This document shows, one piece after another, positions 1 through 13,355 of a stretch of 64,000 bases of DNA; within the stretch, counting starts at the first letter, position 1, and each line of letters begins with the position of its first letter. Under the pieces are notes generated by a model. It had not been told where the DNA came from. It saw nothing but the letters and a program-made list of their open reading frames with translations, and ran no database searches. Position numbers and translations under genes: made by a program. This DNA is from Heterodontus francisci (lineage: Eukaryota). The stretch covers positions 78,741,784 through 78,805,783 of the forward strand of contig NC_090380.1 of the NCBI RefSeq assembly GCF_036365525.1. Reading direction: 5' to 3'.

Positions 1-57
1 CCGAGTATTGTTGCCATAGCTTCAATTTATTGTCAATCAGGACCCCAGATCTTTTTC

Positions 58-1705
58 AACAAGAATAACTTCTATTTATATAGCACCTTTAACATGCTAA
101 AACATGCATTATAAAGCAAAATTACCACCGAGCCACATAAAGCAATAATAATGCAGATGGCCAAAAGCTTGGTCAAAGAGAAAAGTTCTAAGGAGCATCT
201 TAAAGGAGGAAAGAAAGGTAGAGAAGCAGAGATGTTTTAGGGAGGGAATTCCAGATCCTAAGGCCTAGGCAACTTTTTTTTTGTGGGATGTGGACATCGC
301 TGGCTAGGCCAGCATTCAGTGCCCATCCCTAATTTCTCTTGAACTGAGTGGCTTGCTAGGCCATTTCAGAGGGCATTTAAGAGTCAACCACATTGCTGTC
401 GGTCTGGAGTCACATGTAGGCCAGACCAGGTAAGGACAGCAGATATCCTTCCCTGAAGGACATTAGTAAAGCAGATGGGTTTTACAACAATTGACAGTGG
501 TTACATGATCACCATTAGAGCTGAAGGTATGGCCGCTAATGATAGAGCAATTAAAATTGTTCAAGAGGCTAGAATTGGAGGAGCGCAGATATCTGAGGTT
601 TGTGGGACTGGAGGAGATTACAGAAATAGGGAGGGGTGAGACCATGGAGGGATTTGAAAACAAGGATAAGAATTTTAAAATCAAGACATTGCTTAACCAG
701 GAGCCAGTGTAGGTCAGCAAGCACAAGGGTGATCAGTGAATAAGGCAGTGCAAGTTAGGACACAGGCAGCAGAGCTTTGGATGACCTCCAGTTTACGAAG
801 GTGAGAATGTAGCAGGCCAGTTAGGTGTGCGTTAGAATAGAGTCCAGAAGTAACAACAGCATGGATGAGGGTTTTATCAGCAGTTGAGTGAGGCAAGGGT
901 GGAGTTGGAGGATGTTACAGAAGTGGAAATAGGCAGTCTTTGCGATGGCGTGGAGATGTGGTCGGAAGCTCGTCTCGGGGTCAAATATGACACCAAGGTT
1001 GACAACCCTTTAGTTCAGCCTCACAGTTGCCAGGGAGAGGGATGGAGTTGGTAGCTAGCGAATGGCATTTGTAGCAGGGACCGAAGACAATGGCGTTGCT
1101 CTTCCCAATATTTAGCTGGAGGAAATTTCTCCTCCGCCATTACTGGATGTCGGACAAGCAGTCCGATAATTTAGTGACAGTGGAGGAGTCAAGAGCGATG
1201 GTGGTAAGGTAGAGCTAGGTGTCGTCAGCATACACATTAAAACTGATGCTGTGTTTTTCGATGATGTTTCTGAGAGGCAGCATGTGCATGAGGAATAGGA
1301 GGGGGCACAAGAGGTAACGATGCAGGAGTGGGAAGAGAAGCCATTGCAGGTGATTCTCTGGATATGATTAGATAGATGAGAATGGAACCAGGTGAGTGCA
1401 GTCTCACTCAGTTGGATGACCGTGGAGAGGTTTTGGAGGAGGATGGTGTGGTCAACCGTGCCAAAGGTTGCAGATGGGCTGAGAAGGACAAGGAGGGATA
1501 GTTTACCTTTGTCACAGTCACATAGGATGTCATTTGTGACTTTAATAAGATCCATTTCAGTACTGTGGCAGGGGCAGAAATCTGATTGGAGAGATTCAGT
1601 TATGGAGCTCCGGGAAAGATGGGAATGAACTTGGGAGATGACGGCATGTTCAAGGACTTTGGAGAGGAAAGGGAGGTTGGAGATGGGGCAATAGTTTGCA
1701 CAGAT
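58..1705 (-). mobile_element. L2-clade LINE, 5'-truncated, degenerate RT and 3' tail; inserted into an older CR1
   Basis: ORF 1112..1711 reads NYCPISNLPFLSKVLE...QSDFCPCHSTEMDLIKVTNDIL (L2-type RT). Typical L2 tail 'tatttatatagcacctttaac' near 75-95. CR1-like sequence on both sides (1-57 and from 1706). Confidence 0.85.
272..518 (-). mobile_element. Deu-domain SINE fragment (SacSINE1-like) inserted in the L2
   Basis: Poly-T tail, then 'gggatgtggacatcgctggctaggccagcatt', shared with the 3' end of the LINE copies at 36679 and 49656. Core 'ggccagaccaggtaaggacagcagatatccttccctgaaggacattagt' recalled as the Deu domain. Confidence 0.7.
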
Positions 1706-2310
1706 TTTCATTTTCCATGCACATTATTTTCTTTCCATTTAAATAATGGTTCCTTCCTGGAATTCTTGTCCCCTTGTGAAGCACTTTGCATTTCTGTACA
1801 TTGAACTTCATCTCCCAAGTGCCTGTCCAATTCCCAAGTATATTCAAATCCTCTGTTGTTTATCCTGTTTAGCTTTGGAATCTAGCACCTTCATGAGCTT
1901 TGTATCATCTGCAAATTTAGCCACTGTAGTTGTGACTCCGAGATCCAGATCTTTTATAAAGATATTAAACAAAAGAGGACCTAAAGCAGACCCCTGTGGG
2001 ACCTCACAGGTAATGTTCTCCCAGGCTGATACCAATCCCTGTACCAAAGGTGTACATGTACTAATCCCTGTACCAATGCCTGGGTTCGATCGTTTGACCG
2101 ATAGAATCAATTTAAAAATATTTCTACTGATTCCCACCTTCCTTACTTTTAGTACTATACTTTTCAGAGGAACTGTATGAAATGACTTGCTGAAGTTCAA
2201 GTACACCATATCCACTGCCTTACCCCAAGCAAGCTTCTTTGTCACACCCTCAAAGAAAACCAATCAGTTTGACTGGAAAGACCTCCCCTTCTTAAACCCA
2301 TATTGCTCCC
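1706..2310 (-). mobile_element. Old CR1 LINE RT fragment
   Basis: ORF 1844..2263: VDMVYLNFSKSFHTVP...VPQGSALGPLLFNIFIKDLD...KFADDTKL. Confidence 0.85.
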
Positions 2311-2358
2311 AATACTTTCATGGCTAGAGCTGAAATGATAAAGATCTGAAGTGAGTTA

Positions 2359-3880
2359 GGGTCTGGATTTTAAAAACATCTCCAGGATCGGGGAAGTAAA
2401 ATAGGGCAGAGAGGCCCTCTGCTGAAAATCTGCACCTAAAAATGGCAGCCATGATTTCCTGCAACCTCTGTGTGACCCTGATTTACCCACTGGAAATACA
2501 CCTTGCTATATTTAAAAGAAAGGAGTTGTTAGCCAAATGCACCATGAGGCTTTCCTGTTTTTTTGTTTACTTAACAACCCTGTAAATTACTGCCACTAGA
2601 AACGTGATGGTGCTGAGCCTTTATATTGCCTGAGAAGAAATTGGGAAGGTGAAAGGTCACACGAGTGCAATTCCTACAATATTGTTTTGCCTGGGAGACA
2701 CTTCCACTACTTTGAAGCTGCAGTGGCTGACCATTTAAAGGAATTTTGTGAAACTTACTGAGAATTTAAGGGGATCTCTGCATTGTGAACTAACAAGTCT
2801 CTCTGGGGATTCCATTTCCATGCTGTGAGAATAGGATGAGATGGAGGAGGAAAGAATGGAAGCTAGGAGAGCATAGCATCCTGTCCAGAGGCAACACCAG
2901 ACCCACAGAGTCTGCATACCACTAACCAATCTGAATATTTACGATAGGCAATATCTGAGAAGGCCACAGTTTCCCTCTAACACCATGACAAATATCTGTC
3001 AGCTGTTGTAACCTGACTTGCAGCTTCTCTGTGGCTGTTAAGGTGATAACAGCGCTTAATTTTTGTGTATCCAGTTGCTTCCAGACAGCCTCTGGCGACG
3101 GTGAAATCAGTCAGTCAGCAGTTCATTGTTGCATTAAGGAAGCTGCAGATTTCCTTTCAGTCATGCTTAATTTCATTCAGTTCCACATGGAACCAACAAA
3201 TCAGAAAGGAAGAACCATCAACTTCTTCCAAAATTCTCAATTGCTGCAAGTGGAGGGTGCCATTGATAGTGTTCATGTGGCTATAAAAGTCCTGTCTGAA
3301 AGCCCATCAACTTCATGAACAGGAATGGATTTCTTTCCCTGAATATACAGATATTGAGTGATGCTCATCACTTCATTATGCATGCCAATGCAAGCTACAC
3401 GGGGAGTATCCATATTTGTTTATTCTTAATCAATCCTGGATTCCTGCACTGCTCAGCTGCAGCCATTGGACATAACTAATAAGAGTCAAGGGTTGCCTGA
3501 TTCAGCTGTGGCTGATGACTGTTTTTTGAATCAAAGGACAGAGGCTGAAAGCAGATTTAGTGAGGCCTTAGGTGCTACCAGAATCATTGTGGAACAGACC
3601 TTTACAATTGTCAAGGCCTTTTCTGGTTGCTGGACAGGTGAGGGTTGCCCTTCCATACACTGCAGCAACAGTTTCCAGAATTATGCAGCTTGCTGCATCC
3701 TCCATAATTTATGAGATTGGACCTTCCAAACACAAAAGGTGAAGAGAAAGAATTTGCTGCAGGCTACTCCTTTGCTCATGATGAAGATATCCAGGAGAGA
3801 AAGAAAGTGGGCCTAGCCACTCCATTGCCAGCAGCAAGGGCAAGCTGGCAAAAGATAATCACCAACTTCTTCCAATAATG
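2359..3880 (+). pseudogene. PIF/Harbinger transposon, degenerate HARBI1-like DDE transposase
   Basis: TIR-like 'tta|gggtctggatttt' at 2359. Peptides AVKVITALNF, ISQSAVHCCIKE, QVEGAIDSVHVAI, ATRIIVEQTF and ACCILHNL, broken by stops and frameshifts. Confidence 0.8.
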
Positions 3881-4945
3881 AGTGTTTCTGTAGACATAAT
3901 TCCATGAGGATCCATTGTCTTGCTCTCAAGACACCATTTAGGAAATGTGTAATACTGCCAATATCCTCTTTAGAAGGGAACAGTTACAAACATTAATCGT
4001 CATATAAGAGCTAACAGAAGATGTCCCTGGAAAAAAATAACATGCTATATGGTTAGAAATGTATATGTTTACGACCATCTTATCCCATTATTTACTATTC
4101 ATCACTGTGACAACCATTTGTACCTAAAACTTTTCTCACATGTAGATGAAGTAAGGGCTACATGATGCTACCTCAATGTCTGAGGATTGTGAGGTTCTTG
4201 GCTGAAATTGTACCAAAGGAGCCCTCGAGTATCTGGGTGGCACCTTGCAGGACTCGCTTCCGATGTCATGTCGCTTGCACGTCCAATGCCTACCAGGCCA
4301 AGATCAGAAGCTACGTCTTGTCCTGGCTTTGGAGGGGCCTATATTGATGCAGGAAGATTTTCCATTTCCATAAGAAGCCGTGTCATATATAGTCACTCCT
4401 TGCAGCCACTGGTGCTAGGCAGCTGTGGGGAACAAAAAGGGCATTAATTTTAGGAGGGTGGATTTAGACTTGTGAATCAGAACATACAACTGACCAATAA
4501 CAGGAAGACTTTCAAGTCATCAGGATGTCTGCAAACTGCAACAAGTTAAGAGTCCTACAAGTCTTCCATCCTGTTACCACTCTGAACCTGACAGCTCTTC
4601 TCCAATTCACCAATCTCCCACTGACTGCCCAAGAGTTCTAGAGCTTCCTGCTCATGTTTACCAAGGGCACTGATGTTTGCTGTGATTTGATGTTACTGAT
4701 GTTTGATTACCATGACAATCAATTGCCCTGGTTGTGTGCTTGTTCTCTTTTTGTAAATAACAGACAGATATACACATGCTACAGATGCCACACCTCACCA
4801 AATTCTGGAACATTGTTTTTTCAGGTCTCTTGACTTCTCAATCAAACATTGTGGAGAATGCAATATGGAATTGTGTACCCATAAGGGTGATGGTATCGGT
4901 CTCTTTTGCCTGTTAAGGGACTAATTTATTTCACTTTTTACACTA

Positions 4946-5808
4946 TGTGGTCCTGGATTGTGTGGGGGGTGCATCATGCTTATAGCAGTATGTTAATATC
5001 TGCATAAGTACTTGAGATCCAATGCTAACACATTAGTGTTGTCAGAAAAATACGCTATGCCAAATGAGGAATTTTAATTAATTGGTTGGAAACTTGCATT
5101 AAACTTATAATGGAAAAACAATCCTACAGTTAACTTTAAAAAAGCTGGCAGCCAAGGTAACCAGCGCAATTTGCATTTGAACACCTTACACATTCCAAGG
5201 TCTCCAACAGGAGACCCATGTCTTAGCCTGTACCGAAAACAATGGCTTGCACTAGTGATTGAATTATCTAAGATTGCTTTCATTAGCACAACATTCAAGG
5301 CCATCCTGACTTTGACTTTGAAAGAGCAAACCCCTGCAAGTAAATATTGGCATCCTGAGGCCTGAGGAGATGGAAACTCTTAACCTTGAATCTCATTCGA
5401 AGGTTCCCGAGAACACACTGAGGCAGTCATGTGATGGTCTATCCATCTCTGTGAAAGCTGGGAGTTTCCCTCGGACAGACAAGCCACTGACTGAAACTGT
5501 GCAGAAGCAGGAGGGCTACATTTCTCTCTCTCGCGCGCGTGAGTGTGTAGCATTTTTTTTTAATAATTATTTTTATTCAGATCGTGTTTAGATTAAGTAT
5601 AATAAATTCACCTCTTTCTTATTTAAACCCGAGCATACATGTCCGATTTGGTTCTTTCACGATCACAACAAAGGTAAAAGGTAAAATACTCACTGATGTG
5701 GTAAGCACATCCACTGTTTAAAAAGGAATAAACCCTGTTGTGGTCAAATAAGAGGAAGAACAAGAGTGGAGCGTGTGACCCCCCACCCCCACTCACCTGG
5801 CCATAAAA
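4946..5808 (+). mobile_element. Probable solo LTR, boundaries approximate
   Basis: 3' part (aataaattc...ccctgttgtggtc...ctcacctggccataaa) resembles the 3' ends of the LTRs at 18985-19903 and 29050-29876. Starts with TG. No clear TSD. Confidence 0.5.
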
Positions 5809-7089
5809 GTGTCAATAACAATTGCACTATTTTACCTTTTTAAAATAATGACTGGACATGTATAAGTATGAATAAAATTATTCTTAATGCACAACTCTTA
5901 AAAGTTTCTCTTTGAAGCTCCGGGTCTGTATGTTCTAGCTTTTAAGTAAGTAGATGACGATAAACATGGTTCTATTTGATTCCATCAAGTTGCTCATTCA
6001 GCATAAATATTACAAAAGGCAAATTAATCCACTGCAGTCTGATTTACAGAAAACGTAATTCTGGACACACTTAGCTCCTGTATCTTCAATTAAACATGTT
6101 GCTGTGAAAATTTCATGATTGTAACATTCAAAATTTGTTTATCATAAAATTACAACACGTTAAATTTGTTTGTTGCTGCTTTTACTGTTGCTAAACTTGT
6201 AGAACAGTTTGATAGACTATTTTTTTTTTCAAACTTTTTCTCCCATCCCTCTGTCTTCTGAAGGCATTGATTTTTTTTTTTAGCCAGTGCACAATTTCAT
6301 GGGTACCATACATCTTCTGATACCTCAACCTCTAGCTCCTCACCCAAGTTGTCACTCTTCCTCCATGAACCCAGATGTGAGTGTTGCCAGGCTATTCTAC
6401 CATAGAGCATTTCAGCAAAGCCTGATCCTGTCCTCACCCACTCTGTGCACATATGATGTTTCAATAGGAGCTTCAGCTGCCTATTCCAGGGGCACTTGGG
6501 TCAGTTGTAGCTGCCGACATAGTCTGTGGATCTACATGGTTCAACTGATCCACCAGGAGACTGAGCAACAAGTTCTTCACAGGGTTTACTAATTTTCTCC
6601 AATAAATTCTCTAATTTAAAAGCATTCCTGATGAGATTTTGTTATATCAGTTATACCTAAAACAAATGTAAATTTACCACTAATTTTCCTAAAATCTCAT
6701 TGTTTGGTTCAGCATTATATAGCAAGAGAATATTGAGAGATCTACAATTGTTTTCCTTATTATTTTCCTGTAAGGTTATAGCTAAGTTACATAATTTACA
6801 TTTGTATCTACCTATCTTGCTGCCTGTTTGATGAGTAGCTGCCAGATTTCACTGTGAAATTCACATTCAATCCATTATCATCCTATTTTCTCCCTGTGTC
6901 TTCTAGTTTTTCAGTTGTTAGTTGTTTTCATCTCCACTATCTCCTGAACTCTTTACATCTCAGTTGCTTTGATCTCGATATTGTATCCACACACCATCCA
7001 GCATTAGCTCCATCTAATTAAAAGCTAAAGCTCATGAGACTGGGTTGAATCCCTCGACCATTAGGGAAGCTTTAAATAAATAAATAGCA

Positions 7090-7465
7090 GTGACAGCTCA
7101 GATATATATGCTCGCACCTTTGATTTGAAAAACATAGGAGAGATGCTGGAGGAAGGGAGCATGGACAACTGTATTGTATGGCACAAAGATTATGAGGAAA
7201 ACAAGGAGAGCGAGTTCACCATGATCACAATCACAGTGGATATTTTGTGACTTTGGCTTAGTCCATTTGAGTTCTATGAGAAGACTAAGCCAGACTGAAG
7301 ATATTCCAGCCAATTTTGGGAGAGATGGGCACAAAGCTGGCATGCAACATCAGGGCCTTAGCAAGGAAAGGGAGGTTGGAGTTTGGATGATATTGAGGGC
7401 TGGTGTTTTTTTTCAGGAGGGGGTTATGATAGCAATTTTGTAGGGGAGAGGAAGGCTACTTGAGG
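7090..7465 (-). mobile_element. Highly degenerate L2 RT fragment
   Basis: Similar to 1400-1700 (e.g. 'cacaatcacagtggatattttgtgacttt', 'ggaaagggaggttgga'). Confidence 0.55.
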
Positions 7466-7469
7466 ACAG

Positions 7470-8170
7470 TAAAAGCATATGAACTAGGAGCAGGCTACTC
7501 GGCCCCTCGAGCCTGCTCCGCCATTTAATAAGATAATGGTTGATCTGATTTTAACCTCAACTCCACATTCCCACCTACCCCCGATTAACGTTTCACCGCC
7601 TTGCTGATCAAGAATCTATCTACCTCTGCCTTAATAATGTTCAAAGATTCTGCTTCCACTGCCTTATGAGGAACCAAAGACTCATGACCCTCAGAGAGAA
7701 ATATTTTCTCCTCATCTCTGTCTTAAATGGGCGACCTCTTATTTTTAAGTAGTGACCCCTAGTTCTAGATTCTCCCACAAAGGGGAACATCCTTTCCACA
7801 TCCACTCTGTCAAGACCACTCAGGATCTTATATGTTTCAATCAAGTCGCCTCTTATTCTTCTAAATTCCAGCAGATACAAGCCCAGCCTGTCCAACTTTT
7901 CCTCAAAAAACAACCTGCCCATTAGAACGTTATCATTTATTGCGAGGGGAATTGAATACAAAAGTAGGGAGGTAATGCTGTGGAGTACTGTGAAGGATAA
8001 CCTCCCTACTTTTGTACTTGATTCCCCTCGCAATAAACGATAACGTTCTTGTGGCTTTCCCAATTACATGCTGAACCTGCATACTAACCTTTTGTGATTT
8101 ATGCACTAGGACACTCAGATCCCGCTGCATCTCAGAGCTCTACAATCTCTCACCATTTAGATAATTGACC
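7470..8170 (-). mobile_element. CR1 LINE 3' end with internal foldback
   Basis: LDRLGLYLLEFRRIRGDLIETYKIL...GESRTRGH, plus CR1 3' UTR at 7470-7560. Inverted duplication at 7924-8049. Confidence 0.9.
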
Positions 8171-8333
8171 ATGTCAACCAGTGTGGGGGCCAAGAAGAAG
8201 ATTTGAATGTTCGGAGTTATGTGGGGAGGGGATCAAGGGACCAGGACATGGGTCCCCAGGAGAATCACTGAGGCTGCTGGTTGTCTGTGGGAGTTTGTGC
8301 CACCAGTCTTCCACTGCACCAGAGAGAAGTGAG

Positions 8334-8478
8334 ATGTCACAGGAGAGCTGGAGGCTTGGCACCCGGGGCAGGGCAGCCCCTTGCTTCATCGATGCCAACC
8401 TGGATCTAATGCAGGAGGCTGTGAGGGAGAGGAGGGAGGTCCTCTTCCCAGAAGGTGACAGGAGGAGGCCACCTTATC
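8334..8478 (+). pseudogene. Harbinger Myb/SANT-like DNA-binding gene, 5' fragment
   Basis: MSQESWRLGTRGRAAPCFIDANLDLMQEAVRERREVLFPEGDRRRPP, homologous to the peptides at 45529 and 39357. Confidence 0.75.
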
Positions 8479-9364
8479 ATGCAGCAGGGGCACCTCTCTA
8501 TTCAGCATCATCTCCCTCTGCCTCGTCTTCCTCCTCCTCTCTCGCCTCTTGCCCCTGCTCCTCCCCCATTGAGCTTCTCCTTCCAGGGTCTCATTGTCCT
8601 CGAGGTCCACACCTCTCTGGAGGACCATGTAATGAAAAGCACAGCAGACAACCACCATGACCCAAGACCCTTTCAGGATGGTATTGAAGGGCACCATCCA
8701 ACCAATCTGGGCACTGGAATCGCATCTTCAGAAGCCTGATGGCCTGCTCAATGGTTGTCCTACTGAGTAATTGTTATTGGTTGTATCGCCTCTGTGCCTC
8801 TGTCTGGGACTCCTGTAGAGGGATGAGTAGCCATGTCGTCAAGGGATATCCCTTGTCCCGTAGGATCCATCCACGCACTTTGGGAATTGGAGTAAAGATC
8901 TGAGGCAGCCTGAATTGGCAGAGGATGAAGGAATCATGGCAACTGCCAGGAAAGCGAGCGTACACATGGTGGAAGTCCTTGTGGTCTCATCCAGTTGGAT
9001 GTTGAGGGGGCAGAAGGCCTTCCTGTTGATGGATCACATTGGCCAGTTACTAGATGCTTTGATGGCCACATGGGTGCAATCGATGATGTCCTGCATCTGT
9101 TGTAATCCAGCGATGGAGGTGGAACTCAATGCCCTCTGATCCTGCCAGGCCGTGTCCATCGCCAAATGAATGTGCTTTCCAGCTCTGGCAAAGATGGTAT
9201 CAGTGACCAGTGAGATGCAGTGGTGTGTAGCCTTTTGCGAGATGCCACCAAGGTCTGCAGCTGATCCTTAGAAGGAGCTAGAAGCAAAGACGTTCAAGGC
9301 CATAATGAATTGTATGGCTACTGGCAAGACATGGCAACCAGTGCTGTGAGCTGAGAGGTCTTCA

Positions 9365-10088
9365 TAGCAACATAGAAAATGGGAGCAGGTGTAGGCCATT
9401 CGGCCCTTCGAGCCTGCTCTGCCATTCATTATGATCATGGCTGATCATCCAACTCAGTAACCTGTTCCCACTTTCGCCCCATACCCTTTGATCCCTTTAG
9501 ACCCAAGAGCTATATCTAACTCCTTCTTGAAAACATACAATGTTTTGGCCTCAACTGCTTTCTGTGGTAGCAAATTCCACAGGCTCACCACTCTCTGGGT
9601 GAAGAAATTTCTCCTCATCTCAGTCCTGAAAGGTTTACCCTGTATCCTTAGACTATGACCCCTGGTTCTGAACTCCCCCAACATCGGGAACATCCTTCCT
9701 GCATCTACTCTGTCAGGTCCTGTTAGAATTTTATCGGTCTCTGAGATTTCCCCCCCACCTCACTCTTCTGAACTCCAGCAAATATATTCCGAACCGACTC
9801 AATCTCTCATCATACGTCAGTCCCGCCATCCCAGGAATCAGTCTGGTAAACCTTTGTTGCACTCCCTCTATAGCAAGAACATCCTTCCTCAGATAAGGAG
9901 ACCAAAACTGCACACAATATTCCAGGTCTGGCCTCACCAAGGCCCTGTATAATTGCAGCAAGACATCCCTGCTCCTGTACTCGAATCCTCTGGCTATGAA
10001 GGCCAGCATACCGTTTGCCTTTTTTACCGCCTGTTGGACCTACATGCTTATCTTCAGCGACTGGTGTACGAGAACACCCAGGTCTCGG
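9365..10088 (-). mobile_element. CR1 LINE 3' fragment inside the Harbinger transposase
   Basis: MLAFIARGFEYRSRDVLLQLYRALVRP. Closely similar to 42135-42847 in the opposite orientation. Confidence 0.92.
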
Positions 10089-11180
10089 CGACACGGGCAT
10101 AGATGTCAGTGACCTTCTGCCTGGAGAGTTGCAGTCTCCTGTGGCACTGGTTCCCGATCATCTCCAGGTAGCTCTGTGTTTGTTGGTAGATCCTGTGTTG
10201 AGGGTATGGCTTCCAGCCCCTCTTTCCTCTCCCGTGCCCTCCTAATGCCCGGGGTACTGCGCTTCATGCAGAGGGTGTTGCCTCTTATCACCACTGAGCT
10301 CAAAATCTGACAGTCGTGCGCCCAATGCCAGCTGCAGCCTTCCTTTCAGACAGGTGGCCGTCCTATTGTGCTTGGCAGCCTTGCTCCCCTCTCTTCTGTC
10401 CTCACGACGCGGGGGCGAGGGATGGTGGTTGATGACCCAGTTCGATGCCCAAGTGCTGAGTGCCCACTCTCCCTGCCACCTGTGCAGCACCAGGGGCACC
10501 TACCTAGCAAATGCCAACAGTCCCTTTGCCCTGCTGACCCACTGATGGGGCTGGGGTGTTGCCCTGGGTCAGCCTTGACTGGCTCCCCACAGTGTATCCA
10601 CCTCCCCTCAGCTGTTCAGAAACTGATAGCTTCTGAAAACTGTGCACCCCTTTAAATATTCCACCCTTCGCTTTCAACAAGCTCTTAACAAGCTTTTAAC
10701 TAGTTTAATTGGCCTCAGTTGACAGGAGAATGTGATTCCTGTGCCACCCTCTTTCCCCCCCCCCCCCCCCCCACCCCCACCCCGTCCTGATGATTATTGC
10801 CGGCACCAGGGTTGGTGCCTTGAAATTGACAAATTGACATGCCGCCTGGTGTCGGTATTTCCGGGCCTCTACCCCGCCTCCATTCGCGACTTTGGGGGCC
10901 CAAAAATTCAACCATTCGTCTCAGTCACCCTATGGTCAGGTGCTCCCCTGTAAAAAGAGAGCAAAGATTATATGGAGAAAGAAACCGCTTTCAGGCACTT
11001 TGAGAGCAAATTAGAGGGATCTTGGAGTATATCACCTGCTCAAGCACTGTGATTAGAAACCATTATACCATGGGGATAGATCCTAAAAAGAGTAAATTAA
11101 AGAGTAAATGCGTGGCTCAAAGATTGGTGTGGGAGAAATGGGTTCGAATTCGTGGGACATTGACACCAGTACTGGGGAAG

Positions 11181-11920
11181 GAATTAGAACATTACAGCGC
11201 AGTACAGGCCCTTCAGCCCTCGATATTGCGCTGACCTGTGAAACCATCTGACCTACACTATTCCATTTTCATCCATATGTCTATCCAATGACCACTTAAA
11301 TGCCCTTAAAGTTGGCGAGTCTACTACTGTTGCAGGCAGGGCGTTCCACGCCCCTACTACTCTCTGAGTAAAGAAACTACCTCTGACATCTGTCCTATAT
11401 CTATCACCCCTCAACTTAAAGCTATGTCCCCTCATGTTTGCCATCACCATCCGAGGAAAAAGACTCTCACTATCCACCCTATCTAACCCTCTGATTATCT
11501 TATATGTCTCTATTAAGTCACCTCTCCTCCTCCTTCTTTCCAACGAAAACAACCTCAAGTCCCTCAGCTTTTTCTCGTAAGACCTTCCCTCCATACCAGG
11601 CAACATCCTAGTAAATCTCCTCTGCACCCTTTCCATAGCTTCCACATCCTTCCTATAATGCGGTGACCAGAACTGCACACAATACTCCAGGTGCGGTTTC
11701 ACCAGAGTTTTGTACAGCTGCAGCATGACCTCGTGGCTCCGAAACTCGATCCCCCTACTAATAAAAGCTAACACACCATATGCCTTCTTAACAGCCCTAT
11801 TAACCTGGGTAGCAACCTTCAGGGATTTATGCATCTGGACACCAAGATCTCTCTGTTCATCTACACTACCAAGAATCTTCCCATTAGCCCAGTACTCTGC
11901 ATTCCTGTTACTCCTTCCAA
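11181..11920 (-). mobile_element. Young CR1 3' fragment inserted in ORF1 of the long CR1
   Basis: Open frame 11253..11834. Near-identical to 46917-47660. Host ORF1 reads through once it is removed. Confidence 0.92.
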
Positions 11921-13355
11921 AGGAGGGAGCTGTTCCGATGGGACGGGCTCCACCTGAATCATGCTGGGACCAGAGTCCTGGTGAATCGCATAACTAGGGC
12001 TGTAGATAGGGCTTTAAACTAAATAATGGGGCGGGGGGATTCAGGTGCACGGAAAAACAGGAAGTTAAAGGAGAAGGTAGGAGTGCAGGTTAGTGTTGAG
12101 GCTGATTGTAACCAGAAAATAAAAGGTAGGAACAGAACGTGTGAACAGCATATTGCACCAAGGAATCGTACAAGTGTAGGGAAATTTAATAATAGAACAA
12201 ACTTAAAGGCTTTGTATCTGAATGCACGAAGCATTCAGAATAAAATAAATGAGTTAACAGTGCAAATAGAGACAAATCGGTATGATTTAGTGGCGATTAC
12301 TGAGACATGGTTACAGGGAAACAAGGTTTGGGAATTGAATATCCAAGGGTACTCAGTATTTCAGAAGGATAGACAGGAAGGAAAAGGAAAAAGAGCTTTG
12401 TTAGTGAAGGAAGAGATCAGTGCAGTAGTGAGAAATGATATAGGCACTGGAGATCAAGGCCTAGAATCAGTCTGGGTAGAAATAAGAAATAGCAAGGGAA
12501 AGAAGTCACTGGTGGGAGTAATCTATAGGTCCCCAAACAGTAGTTCTGCAGTGGGGCACAGTATCAACCAGGAAATACTAGGGGTTTGTAAGAAAGGTAA
12601 CTGCAATAATCATGGGTGATTTTAGTATGCATATAGACTGGATTAGTCAAACTGGCAAGGGTAGCCTCGAGGGAGGGTTCAATGAATGTATTAGTTATTG
12701 TTTTTTGGAGCAATATATTGTGGAACCAACCAGGGAGCAGGCTATTCTAGATTTGGTGTTGTGTAATGAGATGGGATTAATAAATGACCTCATTGATAAG
12801 GATCCTCTTGGAAAAGTGATCATAGCATGCTAGAATTTCAAGTTCAGTTTGAGGGGGAGAAGCTGGAATCCCACGCGAGCGTTCTGGAGTTAAACAAAGG
12901 TAATTATATAGGCATGAGGACAGATTTGGCCCTTGTGGACTAGGCAGGAAGACTACAAGGTGAGACTGTTGACGAGCAGTGGCGGATGTTTAAGGAGGTA
13001 TTGAATTTATCCCAACTAAAATATATTCCAGAGAGGAAGAAAGATTCTAGGAGGGGGAAGAAACATCCATGGCTAAGCAAGGAGGTTTAAGGATAACATA
13101 AAGACAAAAACTAGGCATACCTTATTGCAAAGGCCAGTGGCAGGCTGGAAGATTGGGAAACTTTTAAAGATCAACAAAGGGTTACTAAAAAAGTAATAAA
13201 AAGAGCAAAGGTAAATTATGAAAGAAAACTAGCGCAAAATATAAAAACGGATCGCAAAAGCTCCTTTAAGTATATAAAAGGGAAGAGAGTAGCTAAAGTG
13301 AATGTTGGTCTGCTGGAGGATGAGACTGGGGAGTTAATAGAAGGGAACACAGAAA

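Larger units (their letters stand above)
8174..10913 (-). mobile_element. PIF/Harbinger transposon with HARBI1-like transposase pseudogene (about 10550->8480), internally deleted and interrupted by a CR1
   Basis: Minus-strand peptides YARFPGSCHDSFIL, GWILRDKGYPLTTWLLIP and VVVCCAFH. TIR-like end 'aaaattcaacc' at 10903-10913. Confidence 0.85.

Noticed and set aside
6230-6590. Possible ancient SINE or conserved non-coding element (also 20690-20935, 25030-25330)
   Set aside because: The composition suggests old repeats, but I cannot support a family or boundaries without a database search.
10755-10783. Poly-C and poly-G runs as G-quadruplex regulators (also 16753, 28083-28132, 53190)
   Set aside because: Mostly homopolymer tracts inside transposon remnants, with no evidence of function.
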